DNA from: Octopus sinensis
Taxonomy: Eukaryota
Direction of reading: 5' to 3'
NCBI RefSeq assembly: GCF_006345805.1
Contig: NC_043005.1
Span: 42,718,001-42,782,000, forward strand
Length of the DNA stretch: 64,000 nucleotides
In this document: positions 38,671 through 52,044 of the stretch, piece by piece
How positions within the stretch are numbered: position 1 is the first letter of the stretch
Layout of the letters: each line of letters starts with the position of its first letter
The notes under the pieces: model-generated
Told to the model about the DNA's origin: nothing
Seen by the model: the letters and a program-made list of their open reading frames with translations, nothing else
The model's database searches: none
Position numbers and translations under genes: made by a program

Positions 38671-39207
38671 AAGGTAGTTAGCTAGCTTACTATTTATATA
38701 CTCACACACACGCGCGCACGCACGCACGCAAGCACACACACACATTGCACTAAATGACATGATTAAATTCATATATAAATGCTTCCATTCTTATTCTTCT
38801 CGTTATTTTGTGGAACTCTAAAACTAAAGAAAAAACAAATGTGTAAAGAACATAGTCGAGTTTTTAACATAACATATTTGAAAGAAAAGCAGTCATCTAG
38901 TAACATACACATACACACACACACGCTCACGTACAGACATTCGCTTGTATATATACTTCAGTGGCTCTCAGGCATTTTTTACCAATGGACCCTGTCGATC
39001 CTTATTTTACTTTACAGGCCCCTCATAAACCATTCAATGTTTTAAAAACTGCTGTTCTGTTTTCAGAATTAAAAATTATTAGGAATTGTATAGAAAGCTG
39101 TAAAAATACTTTTTATGGACCCACAATGATTATATGGACTCCGATTGAGAATCACTAGCACACACATACACACACACATATGTATATATATATATATGTT
39201 TATATTG

Positions 39208-39247
<40 letters not shown>

Positions 39248-39534
39248 CCGGAGTAAACACATAAATGTGAAACAAGGTGGAAAAAAGAGTACTCAAATAC
39301 CAGTGGTAGAGTAATATGCTTTATTTAAAGCAGCAGAAAATTCAACAAAACCTGTTACTCTGAGTTTCGCGTTAGAAGGTTTGGAGATGATGTACAGGTA
39401 TTATATATTAGAAGAAATGAGGTACTCAGAAATCCGGATGGTCTTATATTTACATATATTTATTAATATATTTACATGTTTTTATATATCATATATTAGC
39501 GATTTCGTCCATTCTAGTGGAGTCTTCAAATTGA

Positions 39535-39548
39535 ACTATATATATATT

Positions 39549-39606
<58 letters not shown>

Positions 39607-39805
39607 TGTATGTATATATATATGTATGTATATATATATATGTATATAAATATATGTATGTATATATATATGTATATATATATATGTATATATATATATG
39701 TATATGTATATATATGTATATATAAGTATATATATGTATATATATATGTGTGTATATATGTATGTATGTATACACACACGTACGTATACATATATGTATA
39801 TGTGT
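39535..39805. repeat. (TA)n/(TATG)n field
   Basis: Direct inspection. Confidence 0.95.
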
Positions 39806-40139
39806 ATGTGGGTTTGCTGTGTTTGTGTATTTGTGGATAGCACGGGATGGAATGTTTTAAATGAAACTACTGTTGTATTTATAAGAATTGCTCTCACACA
39901 AAACTATATTAGAGACTTGAAACAATGTAACTAGTTTGATACAGAATAAGTAACTGAAACTTAGCCATTACTCCACTGTTACCTTTCGCTGCATTTTATT
40001 TTAGCAAATTGATTTGCAGATAACCCGTAACGAATCATTTCAATGGATTCAGAACTAATATTTTTGATCATCAACTTCTACAATATAATAGTCGTACAAA
40101 AAGCTAATACATATCTTTTATAGGTGATTCGTCTGTTTT

Positions 40140-40348
40140 ATCTTTTACTTGTTTCAGTCATTAGGCTGCGACCATGCTGGGGCACTGCTGTGAAGAAGTT
40201 TTTTAGTTGAATTAGTCCACACCAGTTCTTATTTTTTTTATAACCTGATACTTATTCTGTCGGTCTTTTGCCGAACCGCTAAATTAGGTGGACGTAAACA
40301 CGTTAACACCGGCTATCGAGCTGTAGCAGGGGGAAATCATGGACACAA

Positions 40349-40385
<37 letters not shown>

Positions 40386-40853
40386 GAACCCAGAACTATG
40401 TGGTTGGGAATCAAGCGTCTTACCGCACAGCCACGCCCGTGCCTATATACTCTTTTTACTCTTTTACTTGTTTCAGTCATTTGACTGCGGCCATGCTGGA
40501 GCACCGCCTTTAGTCGAGCAAATCGACCTCGGAACTTATTCTTTGTAAGTCCAGTACTTATTCTATCGGTCTCTTTTGCCGCACCGCTAAGTGACGGGGA
40601 CGTAAACACACCAACATCGGTTGTCAGGCAATGCTAGGGGGACAAACACAGACACACATACATATATATATATATATATACATATATACGACAGGCTTCT
40701 TTCAGTTTCCGTCTACCAAATCCACTCACAAGGCATTGGTCGGCCCGGGGCTATAACAGAAAACACTTGCCCAAGATGCCACGCAATGGGACTGAACCCG
40801 GAACCATGTGGTTGGTTAGCAAGCTACTTACCGCACAGCCACGCCCGCGCCTA
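40140..40853 (-). mobile_element. SINE-B copies, a 3' part (40140-40320), a head stub (40385-40445) and a full copy (40455-40853)
   Basis: Reverse-complement SINE-B modules. The head ends cttaccgcacagccacgcccg at both ~40440 and ~40848. Confidence 0.9.
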
Positions 40854-41267
40854 TATGACTAACATCTTAAGTAAATTATCTTTTAAAATATTGTTTATAA
40901 AATAATATTTAAAGAATGTTGCCTTCCTTTTAGTACAAAATAAAGTTCTGTTGTTTGCTCTATCACTTTGCCCTGAACATTCACAAAAGCATAATATTTT
41001 TGTTCCACATATATTAACGGCTAATGGTACGAAATGTTTAAATGAACTCATTTACATATGAGGCAAACAAAAAAATATGAACTCCAAATCTCAGTTTAAA
41101 TTTTAGTAGAGCTTACAGTGAACTTATTTGGTAAAGGTTTTCCAAGAAGGAAAACATATAAAGCCAGGTTTCCTTCTAAATATATTTTGCATATTTTTTA
41201 AGTACAGTGAATCTCGAAGCAAATATTCTCGCAGGTAGGAATAAAGTTTCCAAAAGGGAAAGTCGAA

Positions 41268-41332
41268 GCGATGCTATGGTAGACTCCCTGTCATGTTTGC
41301 AGGAGATGTGGGTTCGAGTACTACGGGCAGCA
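41268..41332 (+). other. Degenerate tRNA-like sequence (repeat head or tRNA pseudogene)
   Basis: TGGTAG D-loop-like and GGTTCGAGT T-loop-like motifs with a CTCCCTG/CAGGAG stem. Acceptor stem is not formed. Confidence 0.3.
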
Positions 41333-41933
41333 TTCTACTTTTTCCTATCCAAGGAGTTTTAAATTTAATATCTACACGCTATAATTTTATAGCTTGATTT
41401 GATTCGAAATTAAAAATTCCTAAAAAGAAAAAAAATTTTTTTTTCACTTTCTCGAATATTCTAAATTTTATGGGGTTAACAAAATTTTGCTTATCTCAAT
41501 GTTTTCCCATCCCTGAGCAAGATTGCCAAGCTGTTTACCCATTTGATTGCGGTAGTATAACAGGAAACTTCAAGGAATTATGCGACAATATAAGTTGGCA
41601 AAGATAACAATATTTAAGTCTGCTCGTTATTCTGCTGCTGTATGTTTAGTCCATGAAAACATATCGACAACCATGCTATTCTTCTAAAAATATCTTATGA
41701 ATTTGTCCTTCTCGTCATGTATAAATTCTTTTGACTCAGATTCTATCACAGACTTTATCGCAAAATCCGCAAGGAACCGAGTGTATAAGATATACTTCGT
41801 GTCACACATACTACATAGTCTCATACTTATAACATCATCTGCCACCTAACATGATTCGAAATAATTATTATCTGTTATACAAACACCCTACATCACCACG
41901 TGTTTGTACACGTTGATATTATACAAAAGCGTA

Positions 41934-42320
41934 AGGCAGCAAGCTGGCAGAATCGTTAGCACACCGGGCGAAATGCTGAGCAGTATTTCGTCTGCTGCTA
42001 CGTTCTGAGTTCAACTTCCGCCGAGGTCGACTTTACCTTTCATCCTTTCGGGGTCGATTAAATAAGTACCAGTTACGCACTTGGGTCGATATAATCGACT
42101 TAATCCGTTTGTCTGTCCTTGTTTGTCCTCTCTGTGTTTAGCCCCTTGTGGGTAGTAAAGAAATAGGTACTTCGTCCGTCTTTGCATTCCGCCGAGGTCA
42201 ACTTTATCATTCATCCTTTCGGAATCGTGCCAGTTATGTGGCAATTGAATACTGGGGTCGATGTAATCGAACAGACTCCCCACCCCACCTCTGAAATTGC
42301 TGGCTTGAACCAAAATTTGA
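41934..42320 (+). mobile_element. SINE-A dimer (full copy plus a headless body)
   Basis: Tail GTAAAGAAATAGG runs into TACTTCGTC..TTCCGCCGAGGTC. Confidence 0.88.
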
Positions 42321-43159
42321 AACCTATATTATACAAAAAGCATCCAACATATATTGATTCTCAAAGACTACGCGTACATATAGAAACTATCACGCCAAAC
42401 ATAAGCTCTACAGATTTATGATATATGCACATATAATTACTTCTCCAGGAAAACATATACTTATAATCCTTTTTTTTATTAAATATATAAATCATAAACA
42501 TACATCAATATCACTCCGACCACTTATCATAAACACATCATTTTTTGACATATATATGTCATTATCATTTGTCATAAAAAGATCCTTCTTTGTCACAGAG
42601 CTATTATCATAGCCTGTATGTATTTTCTTTGTGACACAGTTTGTCACTGTCTTCCATATTTGTCATTGAGTGTTTCACTGTCACCTTTACCTGCTGCTAA
42701 ACATCTCCCCACATGTCCTCCTCCAACACATTCCACTGTACTTCATCTTCATCATCATCATTAGCAACACCAACAACAACAACCGTAGCACAGTAGAAAA
42801 ACTCAAACAACAATAACAGAAAAGCTAAAAACCAAAATTACACCGAAAATAATTGAAACAGTGGCAATATCGATGGGACGACGAGTAATAAAAACGAAAA
42901 ATCAATTAGCAATTTCTACTGATTACCAATAAAACTGTTAATGTCTTTGAAGGCTGCGCATTTATAAAATAGATGTAAAGTTTAACAGTACGTATTTGGT
43001 CCTTAATGCCGTATGCTTCAAAGGCAATTCCAAATTGGGGCTTGAAATCGCAATGAATAGAGATTCAACTATTATTTTGGCCATACCACCAGGAACAGTT
43101 ACAACAATGATTTCTTACGATCGAACACGGGCACGAATAGGAGAGGTAAAGTAAGCTAG

Positions 43160-43385
43160 GTAAGGTGGCGAGCTGGCAGAAACGTTAGCACGTCGAGCGA
43201 AATGCTTTCGTCTGCTGCTACGTTCTGAGTTCAAATTCCGCCGAGGTAAATTTTGCCTTTCATCTTTTCGGGGTCGATTAAATAAGTACCAGTTACGCGC
43301 TGGAGTCGATGTAATCGACTTAATCCGTTTGTCTGTCCTTGTTTGTCCTCTCTGTGTTTAGCCCCCTTGTAGGTAGTAAAGAAAT
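43160..43385 (+). mobile_element. SINE-A monomer with 16-bp target-site duplication
   Basis: AGGTAAAGTAAGCTAG at 43144-43159 and 43386-43401. Confidence 0.93.
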
Positions 43386-43404
43386 AGGTAAAGTAAGCTA
43401 GCTA

Positions 43405-43665
43405 AAGTTACCTTCTCGTGTCATGTTGACTCATAAGAGCCGGTTTAATGGCGTATGAATTCCCTACTTAGACGGGACGTCAGTCCGTCGCAGACTTACT
43501 TATTTTTGTCAGCTGAGTGGATTGGAGCAACTGAATGAAATGAAAAATTGTTTTGTTCAAGCACACAACGCATCGCCCTGTTCAGGAATCGAAACCACAA
43601 TCTTACAATCATGAGTGGTTATGATCATTAGTGGTTGCAACAACCTAACCACTAAGCCACGCGCC
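43405..43665 (-). mobile_element. SINE-C
   Basis: cagctgagtggattggagcaac, ggaatcgaaacc, cctaaccactaagccacgcgcc. Confidence 0.82.
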
Positions 43666-44411
43666 TCTAAAATAGGAGAGGACTATATAGACAACTGGAC
43701 TGACATCGGTACATATTGTATACCGTATTTAAAGGCATGGACAAACACAAAACTTTGTGGGATTTACACTCAGAACGTAGATTCAATTAAACACTAGGAA
43801 ATAAAATATTTCTACCACATGATTTCATTTGATGTAGAACAGTACATCTTTCTCTGGATTCTGTTGCTTTACTAAATACAGTACGTTCAAAGTCTAACCA
43901 TTCGTAGCACTTCAATGTCCTTTAAAATTTAATACTAGAAATGGCAGATACAAAATAACAGCAATAACAACACATACCTGATCAACAAACGCTGCATCAA
44001 TAGGAAGTAGAACAAGTGTTAAAAGAGCAGGAACACTTGTAACACCATAAGCGACAAGAGAAAAGAAAAAGGAAGAGAAAACAACACAAGCAATAAATAG
44101 TGGTGTAAACATTCACGACAATAAAATCAACGACAATAACAAAAGACGAAAATTACTGAATCAGAAACGTGGATTAAACGATGGGAAAATAATCGCCATT
44201 TAAAGGAAGCAAAGCAATAAGAAGAAGCCTAGCGTTTTCACGTCTTTTTGCTGGTTTCTTTTTTTTGTAGTATGAACGGCATCATTTACAAATTCTACTG
44301 GGTATATTACCTGAAGGTCAAGCTGAGAAATTTAATGATAATCATAATGCCACAGCTGTGTAGTAAGGAGTTTGCTTCCCATCCATATGGTTCTGGGTTC
44401 AATCACACTGC

Positions 44412-44750
44412 GTAGCACCTTGGAGAACAGATGTCTTCTACTGTGGTCTCGGGCTGACTAGAGTCTTGTGAGTGGATATGGTAGACGGAAACTGAAAAGT
44501 TCGCCATACATACATACATACATGCATACATACATACATACATACATACATACATACATACATACATACATACATACATACTTATACATATATATATATA
44601 TGTTTTATTTATATTTCCTGAGCGCCATACTAATACAATTGTTCGTTTGTTTTCCACCTGCCTTCGTCTTTTGTCTATTTTCATAAAGCTTCCCGTTATA
44701 TATATATATATATATATATCTTCAGGAGTTCATGAATATATATATGTATG

Positions 44751-44782
<32 letters not shown>

Positions 44783-44881
44783 TGTATGGCGGACTTTTCA
44801 GTTTCTGTCTACCATATCCAGTCACAAGACTTTAGTCAGCCCGAGACTATAGTAGAAAACATCTGTTCTCCCAGGTGCTAC
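44412..44881. repeat. Local fold-back of a SINE-B fragment plus (TACA)n
   Basis: 44412-44590 is the reverse complement of ~44740-44881 and shares unusual variants. Confidence 0.85.
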
Positions 44882-44883
44882 CC

Positions 44884-45040
44884 GGAAGACCTCCACGACG
44901 GTGGAGTTACGATTTCAGGAGGACGATTGGGATCACGTGGATGAGAAAGGCGCGATCCAGAGAGGAGTGGACAGCGTGCTGTGACCAGGAGAGGGAAGGG
45001 AGTTCCAATAGACAAGTACGAAGAAGACTAGTAGGTGACA
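44884..45040 (+). pseudogene. RTE-type LINE 3' end fragment
   Basis: GRPPRRWSYDFRRTIGITWMRKARSREEW resembles GRPxxRWxD...WxxxAxDRxxW. Confidence 0.7.
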
Positions 45041-46791
45041 GGATTCTTATTTTGGTACGGAACTCTTAGAAGATTTTCCAACATTCATGGAATCCATTCT
45101 GATATTATTTATCGGCAATCCCAGCCACCTTAATTTTAAAGAAAGATATTAAATAAAAGAAGGTTTACAGGGATAATTTATTCATATTAAAAATATATTA
45201 GCAATATTTGAAATGGTGAATATAAGGTTTTAAAACAATAAATCTTTATTAAACTTTTATTAAAAGGCAACTTTATTTCGTTGAAACTTCTTTTAGCAAG
45301 CACCAGTCTAGAGTAAAAACACTCACGTGATTAATGACTGATTGCCATATAAGGAATGAAATAAGCATAATTATTTGGTATTGGGCCATTAACCCATCGT
45401 GTTCAAAACTAATCACATAAACACGTAAACATTTATGGTATATTTGGGCGCAACACTGAACTAATTGTGCCTAAAATCATCAAATAGTTGGACATATGTA
45501 TATGAATGCTTTTCGAGAGATACCAACATTCTCTCTGCCTGAAGATTTATAACTTATTCTCGTAACATTCTAAAAACTAGAGATTAACGACAGCATTTTA
45601 AAAAATATAAGTGATGATGCCTCAAATAAACGAAATAACAGTCAGAGGAAATAGTGACGATAATATATGCTTATATTTCCAATAAATGAGAGAGCGATCC
45701 TGTTTTCGGCGACTCATAATTTCCTCGAGACCATCATACTCTGGTGATTTGACAACGATAAAGTATTAAGATGATGTAATACGACTACATAATATGAGAA
45801 TGGTGGAGCGTGTTCTCGGGAAAGCAAATCTCTATAATAAGACTTGTAACTCGTATATAGATTATCCTCCTAAATAATAGGTTTAAATTTTTGATTATAC
45901 TCACTGACGATTGCGGTAAAGAATCATCCATTTTTGTCATATTTCTCATTGATGTTTCATGCTGTACAGTATAGATGGTGTTTTAATGACTAGGGCAATC
46001 TTTGAAAGTGGTTTACTGTGCTAAAACGATGAAAATACGAAAATACACAAGATAAAAGTGTACGTGTAAGTATGTGCGTACGAGTGGGAACATGCATGTG
46101 TGCGTTTGAATATTCATGTAGGTATGTGTGTAGTATACACACACGCAGATATCTGCGTTTGTGTGTGTGTGTATGTGTATGTGCGTGTGCGTGTGTGTGT
46201 GGGTGGGTGGATGTGAGTCTGGGTATATGTTTGCATACATGTATGTATGTATTGAACATACGCGGTGGATGCAATATGCTTTCCCAGATGCAGAAACAGA
46301 TGTACATCAATATATATATATATACATACATACACACAAACACACATATATAGAGACTAGCTAAAGCGCATAAGTATCTGCCAACGCAGCATTCTGTGGT
46401 TGTTTAGCCATTCTAATCTTCAACTTCTGTATGATGAATATATGCATATTTAGTTTGGTAGATCTATCAGCTTGCCCATCTGCTATTTATGATATATATA
46501 TATCATATATATAATATAGATATCTAAATCACGCTGAGAGTTAATATTGGACGAAAACAAACAGAAGCGTGTAAGTAATGCCTTTATATATAAGCATATG
46601 TGCATACACATATACATACATACATACAAAAGTATATGATTGCACGCGCACACGAGATAATACAAACAGATGCACATACAATCACATACAGATTTTCATA
46701 CGCAGATAGATAAATATATAAGTTTGAATATTTTAAATAAAAATATTACTTTTGCCTCCAGGACTTCTGCACACGGCTACACAGTCAAACA

Positions 46792-46902
<111 letters not shown>

Positions 46903-47253
46903 AACAACTGCAAATCTCTTTTCCTCTGGCTTTATTTCTATATACATACCTGCATATATACATACATGCATACATATGTTTGCGTACGTGTATGTATGTA
47001 TACATATTTATACATGCATACGTATATATTTATAAACGTGTGTGTTTGAGTATATATATATTGAGAGAGAGAGAGTGAGAGATACATATACATATATATG
47101 TAAGTGAAATTGATATGAACTAAGAAAGATGACCCATCGTCGTAGCCTTTGGCATGTATTTGAGCAACAAAAAGGAATAAATATACTAAATAACATATAT
47201 GATAAGTAATTGATATAGTGAACTCATCTGTGTTTCTAGACAATGCAAACCTA

Positions 47254-47266
47254 CCACTAGATGGCA
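47254..47266 (+). promoter_or_regulatory. CTCF-like motif
   Basis: CCACTAGATGGCA matches the CCACYAGRKGGCR core. Sequence match only. Confidence 0.3.
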
Positions 47267-47762
47267 ACTGATACCAGCTCGAAATGAAAACTGGTGCTGA
47301 CGTGTCGATTTTGGCGAAATTCTTATTCTTGAGAGATTATCTCCCTGTCTGATTTGGTTTCTATACCAATTTCACCAACAGTTTGTTAATCCTCTTTGCT
47401 AACAGATTAAATTATTGATTTTTTTAAAATGTTATTTGATATGGAATTGTTCACCATTTGGTTCAAATACATGCCAGTGAGCACTGGCGTGTATTTCTCT
47501 CGACTAATTATTGTTTACATTAATTTCTGTAAATTATTTAGGCTTCAAATGTGTCCTACTTTCATGCATGTGTAAGAACACAACTATGTCATCTAGTCAT
47601 CTGGAGAATTCTTGATTTTGGATATTGTCTCCTCTTCCCATTTAGAGCTTGTTACTAATTGTCATCACTTGTCTCTTTGAAAGCAGAGATAACTTTCGTT
47701 ATCTAAAGCTATCGGATTGCTTCTCTGCAGCAGAGCAGAGAGAACCCCCACACCTATAACCA

Positions 47763-47764
<2 letters not shown>

Positions 47765-47821
<57 letters not shown>

Positions 47822-47824
47822 TAG

Positions 47825-47856
<32 letters not shown>

Positions 47857-48066
47857 AGATAGTTAGATAGATAGATAGATAGTAGATAGATAGATAGTAG
47901 ATAGATAGATAGATAGAAGATAGATAGATAGATAGATAGATAGAAAAATAGATAGATAGATATATGTATAGAGAGAGGCAGAGACAGAAAGACATAGACA
48001 GATAGCTATGTCTGTGTATATATATATATATATATATACACATACATACATACATACATACATACA

Positions 48067-48100
<34 letters not shown>
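47765..48100. repeat. Compound (TA)n/(GA)n/(GATA)n/(TACA)n microsatellite
   Basis: Direct inspection. Confidence 0.95.
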
Positions 48101-48199
48101 AGTACGCATCTCGTACACACAAGCACAAAACGCACATTATTGGCAGAGTTGAAAAGTTGCACAAAGGCTTGAATAATATTTTCAATCCAATACTAGCAA

Positions 48200-48430
48200 A
48201 GTGATATAAACATCACACGTCAATATTTGAAAGACCGATGTTACATGACCGAGGTGAAGCAGAATTCGATTCAGCGCTGACTACTCTGCAGATACTGAAG
48301 AGTGCAAAAACTGCTGGCGAAGGTGCTATGCCAGAGAACATTCTTGCGGCTAGAAATATATCTTATTCAGATTATATACTTGATATTAAACTGCACCTCG
48401 AAAAGCATTACATGGGGTTTCAAAATGCTA
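48200..48430 (+). pseudogene. Possible LINE RT N-terminal remnant
   Basis: LQILKSAKTAGEGAMPENIL resembles LKxxKAxGxDxIPxExL. Confidence 0.4.
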
Positions 48431-48684
48431 AAGTAATATAACATGTAGAAGAAACTTTAGGGAGACCTAGGCAGCAGAAGGTCTTCAAATTGAGAATCCC
48501 TACCTCCACCTCATGCAAGTGTTTCGGACCTTAACTCCTTACATTTTTGGGGGGAGAGGGGGTACAACCTGAGGGTCATGTCTCTTGGATATTTCTGTAC
48601 CACCACATTCTATAGCGACCTACTTGCATGGTACAGGTGCTTCAGATTCAATTTACTATACACACACCCACCCACCCACGCACA

Positions 48685-48727
<43 letters not shown>

Positions 48728-48739
48728 TATATATATATT

Positions 48740-48781
<42 letters not shown>

Positions 48782-48824
48782 ATATATAATATATATAGAT
48801 GTGTATATATATATATTATATATA

Positions 48825-48897
<73 letters not shown>

Positions 48898-48920
48898 TGT
48901 ATGTATGTATGTATGTGTAT
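48685..48920. repeat. (TA)n/(TATG)n microsatellite
   Basis: Direct inspection. Confidence 0.95.
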
Positions 48921-51734
48921 GAGTGTGTGCGCTCGCGTGCATGGAGGGTTTGTGAATGTATTCAATATACTAATCGTATGTGTTCTTTCTTATTACTTGA
49001 TAGGAAAAAGCGTTTTCCACGGCCTTTTGCAATGGACAGCACTGAAACAACTGAAGACCAGTTTGTGTGGTACATGGATGAAGAGTACCTCTCAAGAAAG
49101 CCACGGTACAATTTATAATGAGGAAACAAAAACCAAATTAAGTTCCACAGAATTCCTCGAATCATAGCTCCGCCAGTCTATCACTCTTGATTGGTATAAT
49201 ATTTAATTATAATTATGTTTAAGATAATTTCAGCGGGATTTGAACTCGGAGAGCAAGAAACCGAAATACGATATTTCAACCACCGGTCTGATGCTGTTGC
49301 CATTTCATCCTTGTATGCGCGTGTAGTGTATGTAATCTGTGCGTGCCTCTATGTGTGTACCTGTATGCGCGTGTGTGGGCGTGTGTACGTTTACGTGTAT
49401 GTGTGTGTGTGTGTGCGTGCGTCTGTGGGTGTTCGTTTGTAGGTTTTGGTATATATGCAGATAATATATTTAGATTTATGTACACTATCTGTCCTTCATA
49501 TGCATCATTGTGACAATACGGAATCCAGTGATATACATATATACATACACCATGCACACGCACACACACATATATGTATATACGGAGAGAGAAAGAGAGA
49601 GAGAATTGTGTTTATATTATGTTTCTATAATGTATTTACAATAAGTATAATGTGTAAGTCACCCTAAGGAAATTCTGATCGTTAAATCCTGCGGAAACTC
49701 TTCTTCGTTAGTATTCAGTGAAATCTCTTCCCATCGACCAGCTTTCATGGCCGACTTATTTAGAAAGAGGACCGCTTAGTAATTACATTGATCAAAAGAG
49801 AATGCTCTTTGAAAGCTATGATGGATCCCAGTTGATTTGATTCGTATGTCCGCAACGATTGTCAATAGGTTACTGCGTTTGATTGATCCCCAGTTATTGA
49901 TTCGTACGCCATTGACCTGTGAAGATTGCTTCAGAAAATTAGGCTAAGAAAGTGCGTGTCTGCCAGGAGACAGTTTATAACCTGCGTGCATTTCATTATT
50001 CTCTGCCAGATGTCTCAAGCGTTTTCACCAATATTTGCTTGAAAGCTGAATGGATATATATATATATATATATATAATATATATATATATATTATATATA
50101 TATATATATAATATATATATATATATAAATGTGTGTTTGTGTTTATATATATGTGAATGTTGTTATCTGGGTCTTCTTAGCGGTGTTGTGAATTACTAAT
50201 ATACACGTTTTATTGCAAATATACACGCGCACACACAAACACACGCACATACAAACATACGCACACACGCATGTGCACGCACAGATACACATACACATGC
50301 ACACATGTACACACGCACATACACTCAAAAGTAAATAATGCGTATATGTATACATACATACATACATATACACACATATACGCATATGTTTGCATGAATA
50401 TATATGAGAATGCGTGTGTGTGTATGTGTGTTTGTTTGTGTATGTGTTTGTTTGTGTATGTGTTTGTGAGTGTGTGTGTGTGTGTGTGTGTGTGCGTGTG
50501 TGTGTGTGTGTGTGTACGTATTTATATGCCTGCTTGTGTGTGCTCCTATATATAGCAAAAGGTGAGGGACAAGATGAAGAGAAAATATTTATTTCACTAT
50601 GCTCAATATTGGAACGTATATAGTGATAAGGTACGTTTTTCAGCATCATCATATGTTGTGTGTTTATATATATATATATGTGTGTCTGTGAGTATATCTT
50701 CTAGAAAGTGCTAATGCGTATATTCTACAGGCGTGTGTCTCTGTTGTATATTAGTAGTGCTATGACCCTATTTGATATAATAGCATGTCAAGTAGATATT
50801 CGCACTTCATAGTACAATTATTATTTGCCAGATATTGGAAACCCACAAAACTAACAACTCTGCACTTAGTGAAACAATATATTCAAGCGAAACTTACTTA
50901 GGAGAGATACGACGTGTTTGGATTTTGTAATACATTCAGACCCACAAACCCATCGTATTCAGTCAAGCATGACTTTAAAAACATTCTAATTTCAATTTAC
51001 CTTTGTTTCTATAACAAGGTTATCATTCTTTGCTTGATCCTATCAAATTGTCAGTATTTATACATAAATGCGCATGCTTCTTCTTCGTCTAACTGCCAGT
51101 ATAAAGGAATCGATTCTATTTCAATTGACTTCAGTGCATGTATTGCCTCCAGTTGTGATAAAAAATCAAGTGTATTTCAACTTTAAAGAATTGTATGGTA
51201 GAAATCATTTTTGCTTCTCATAAAATACAATGAATTAAGACTCACCATGATTAGCGGTGTTTCACTCATACTAATAATTATTAACATTGCAAATCCCCTC
51301 AAGTCTTGCTGACCAAACAAGTTAAGTTGCACATAAATGGATGCCTAACTACCTTCTTCTGGAGAGCGGAGTAGGTGCAGTAGTTGTTTCAAAGAACTAT
51401 CGCGAAAGCTACAGGTAATCCACTACATATGAGACTATTCAACAGCAATCATAATGCTGATGATGATGTTGATGCTAAAGATATTTTTAACGTCATCTTT
51501 TATCCGTTATTTATTTCAGTCACTGGACTGTGACCATGCTGGTGCACCACCTTGAAGGATGTAGCCGAAAAAAATCGACCCCACGACTGTATTTTTTAAG
51601 CCTGGTACTTATTCTATGGGTTTCTATTTCTCAAACAGCTGGCTTACGGGAGCATAAACAGAAAAGTAATAGTTTGTCGACTGATATGGAGTGAAAACAA
51701 ACTGAAACACTAAGATACACGCATATAAGCATAT

Positions 51735-52044
51735 CACCGTGATCACCATGACCGACCAGGCTATCAGGTGTTGCTACAAATCGCTGGTCACAATGCGCTT
51801 CGCATTGTTTTAGCCTTCAAATGACGCCACCCCGCTGGCTAAACGAGCAGGCCAACAGAAGAAAGAGTGAGAGAGAGTTGTGGCGAAAGAGTACAGCAGG
51901 GATCGCCACCACCCCCTGCCGGAGCCTCGTGGAGCTTTAGGTGTTTTCGCTCAATAAACACTCACAATGCCCGGTCTGGGAATCGAAACCGCGATCCTAC
52001 GACCGCGAATCCGCTGCCCTAACCACTGGGCCATTGCGCCTTCA
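51735..52044 (-). mobile_element. SINE-D (tRNA head GGCGCAATGGCCCAGTGGTTAGGGC)
   Basis: Minus-strand A-box TGGCCCAGTGG and B-box-like GTTTCGATTCC, followed by a GC-rich body distinct from families A-C. Confidence 0.85.

Noticed and set aside
42989-43145. Candidate plus-strand exon TYLVLNAVCFKGNSK...RARIGE ending at gag|gtaaag
   Set aside because: Poor polypyrimidine tract, no homology recognised and no neighbouring exons.
43978-44070. Candidate minus-strand exon VAYGVTSVPALLTLVLLPIDAAFVDQ ending at cag|gtatgt
   Set aside because: Strong donor but no clear acceptor. The hydrophobicity is explained by T-rich composition.
51975-52044. tRNA gene calls at SINE heads
   Set aside because: A/B boxes are present but cloverleaves are incomplete and run into SINE bodies.
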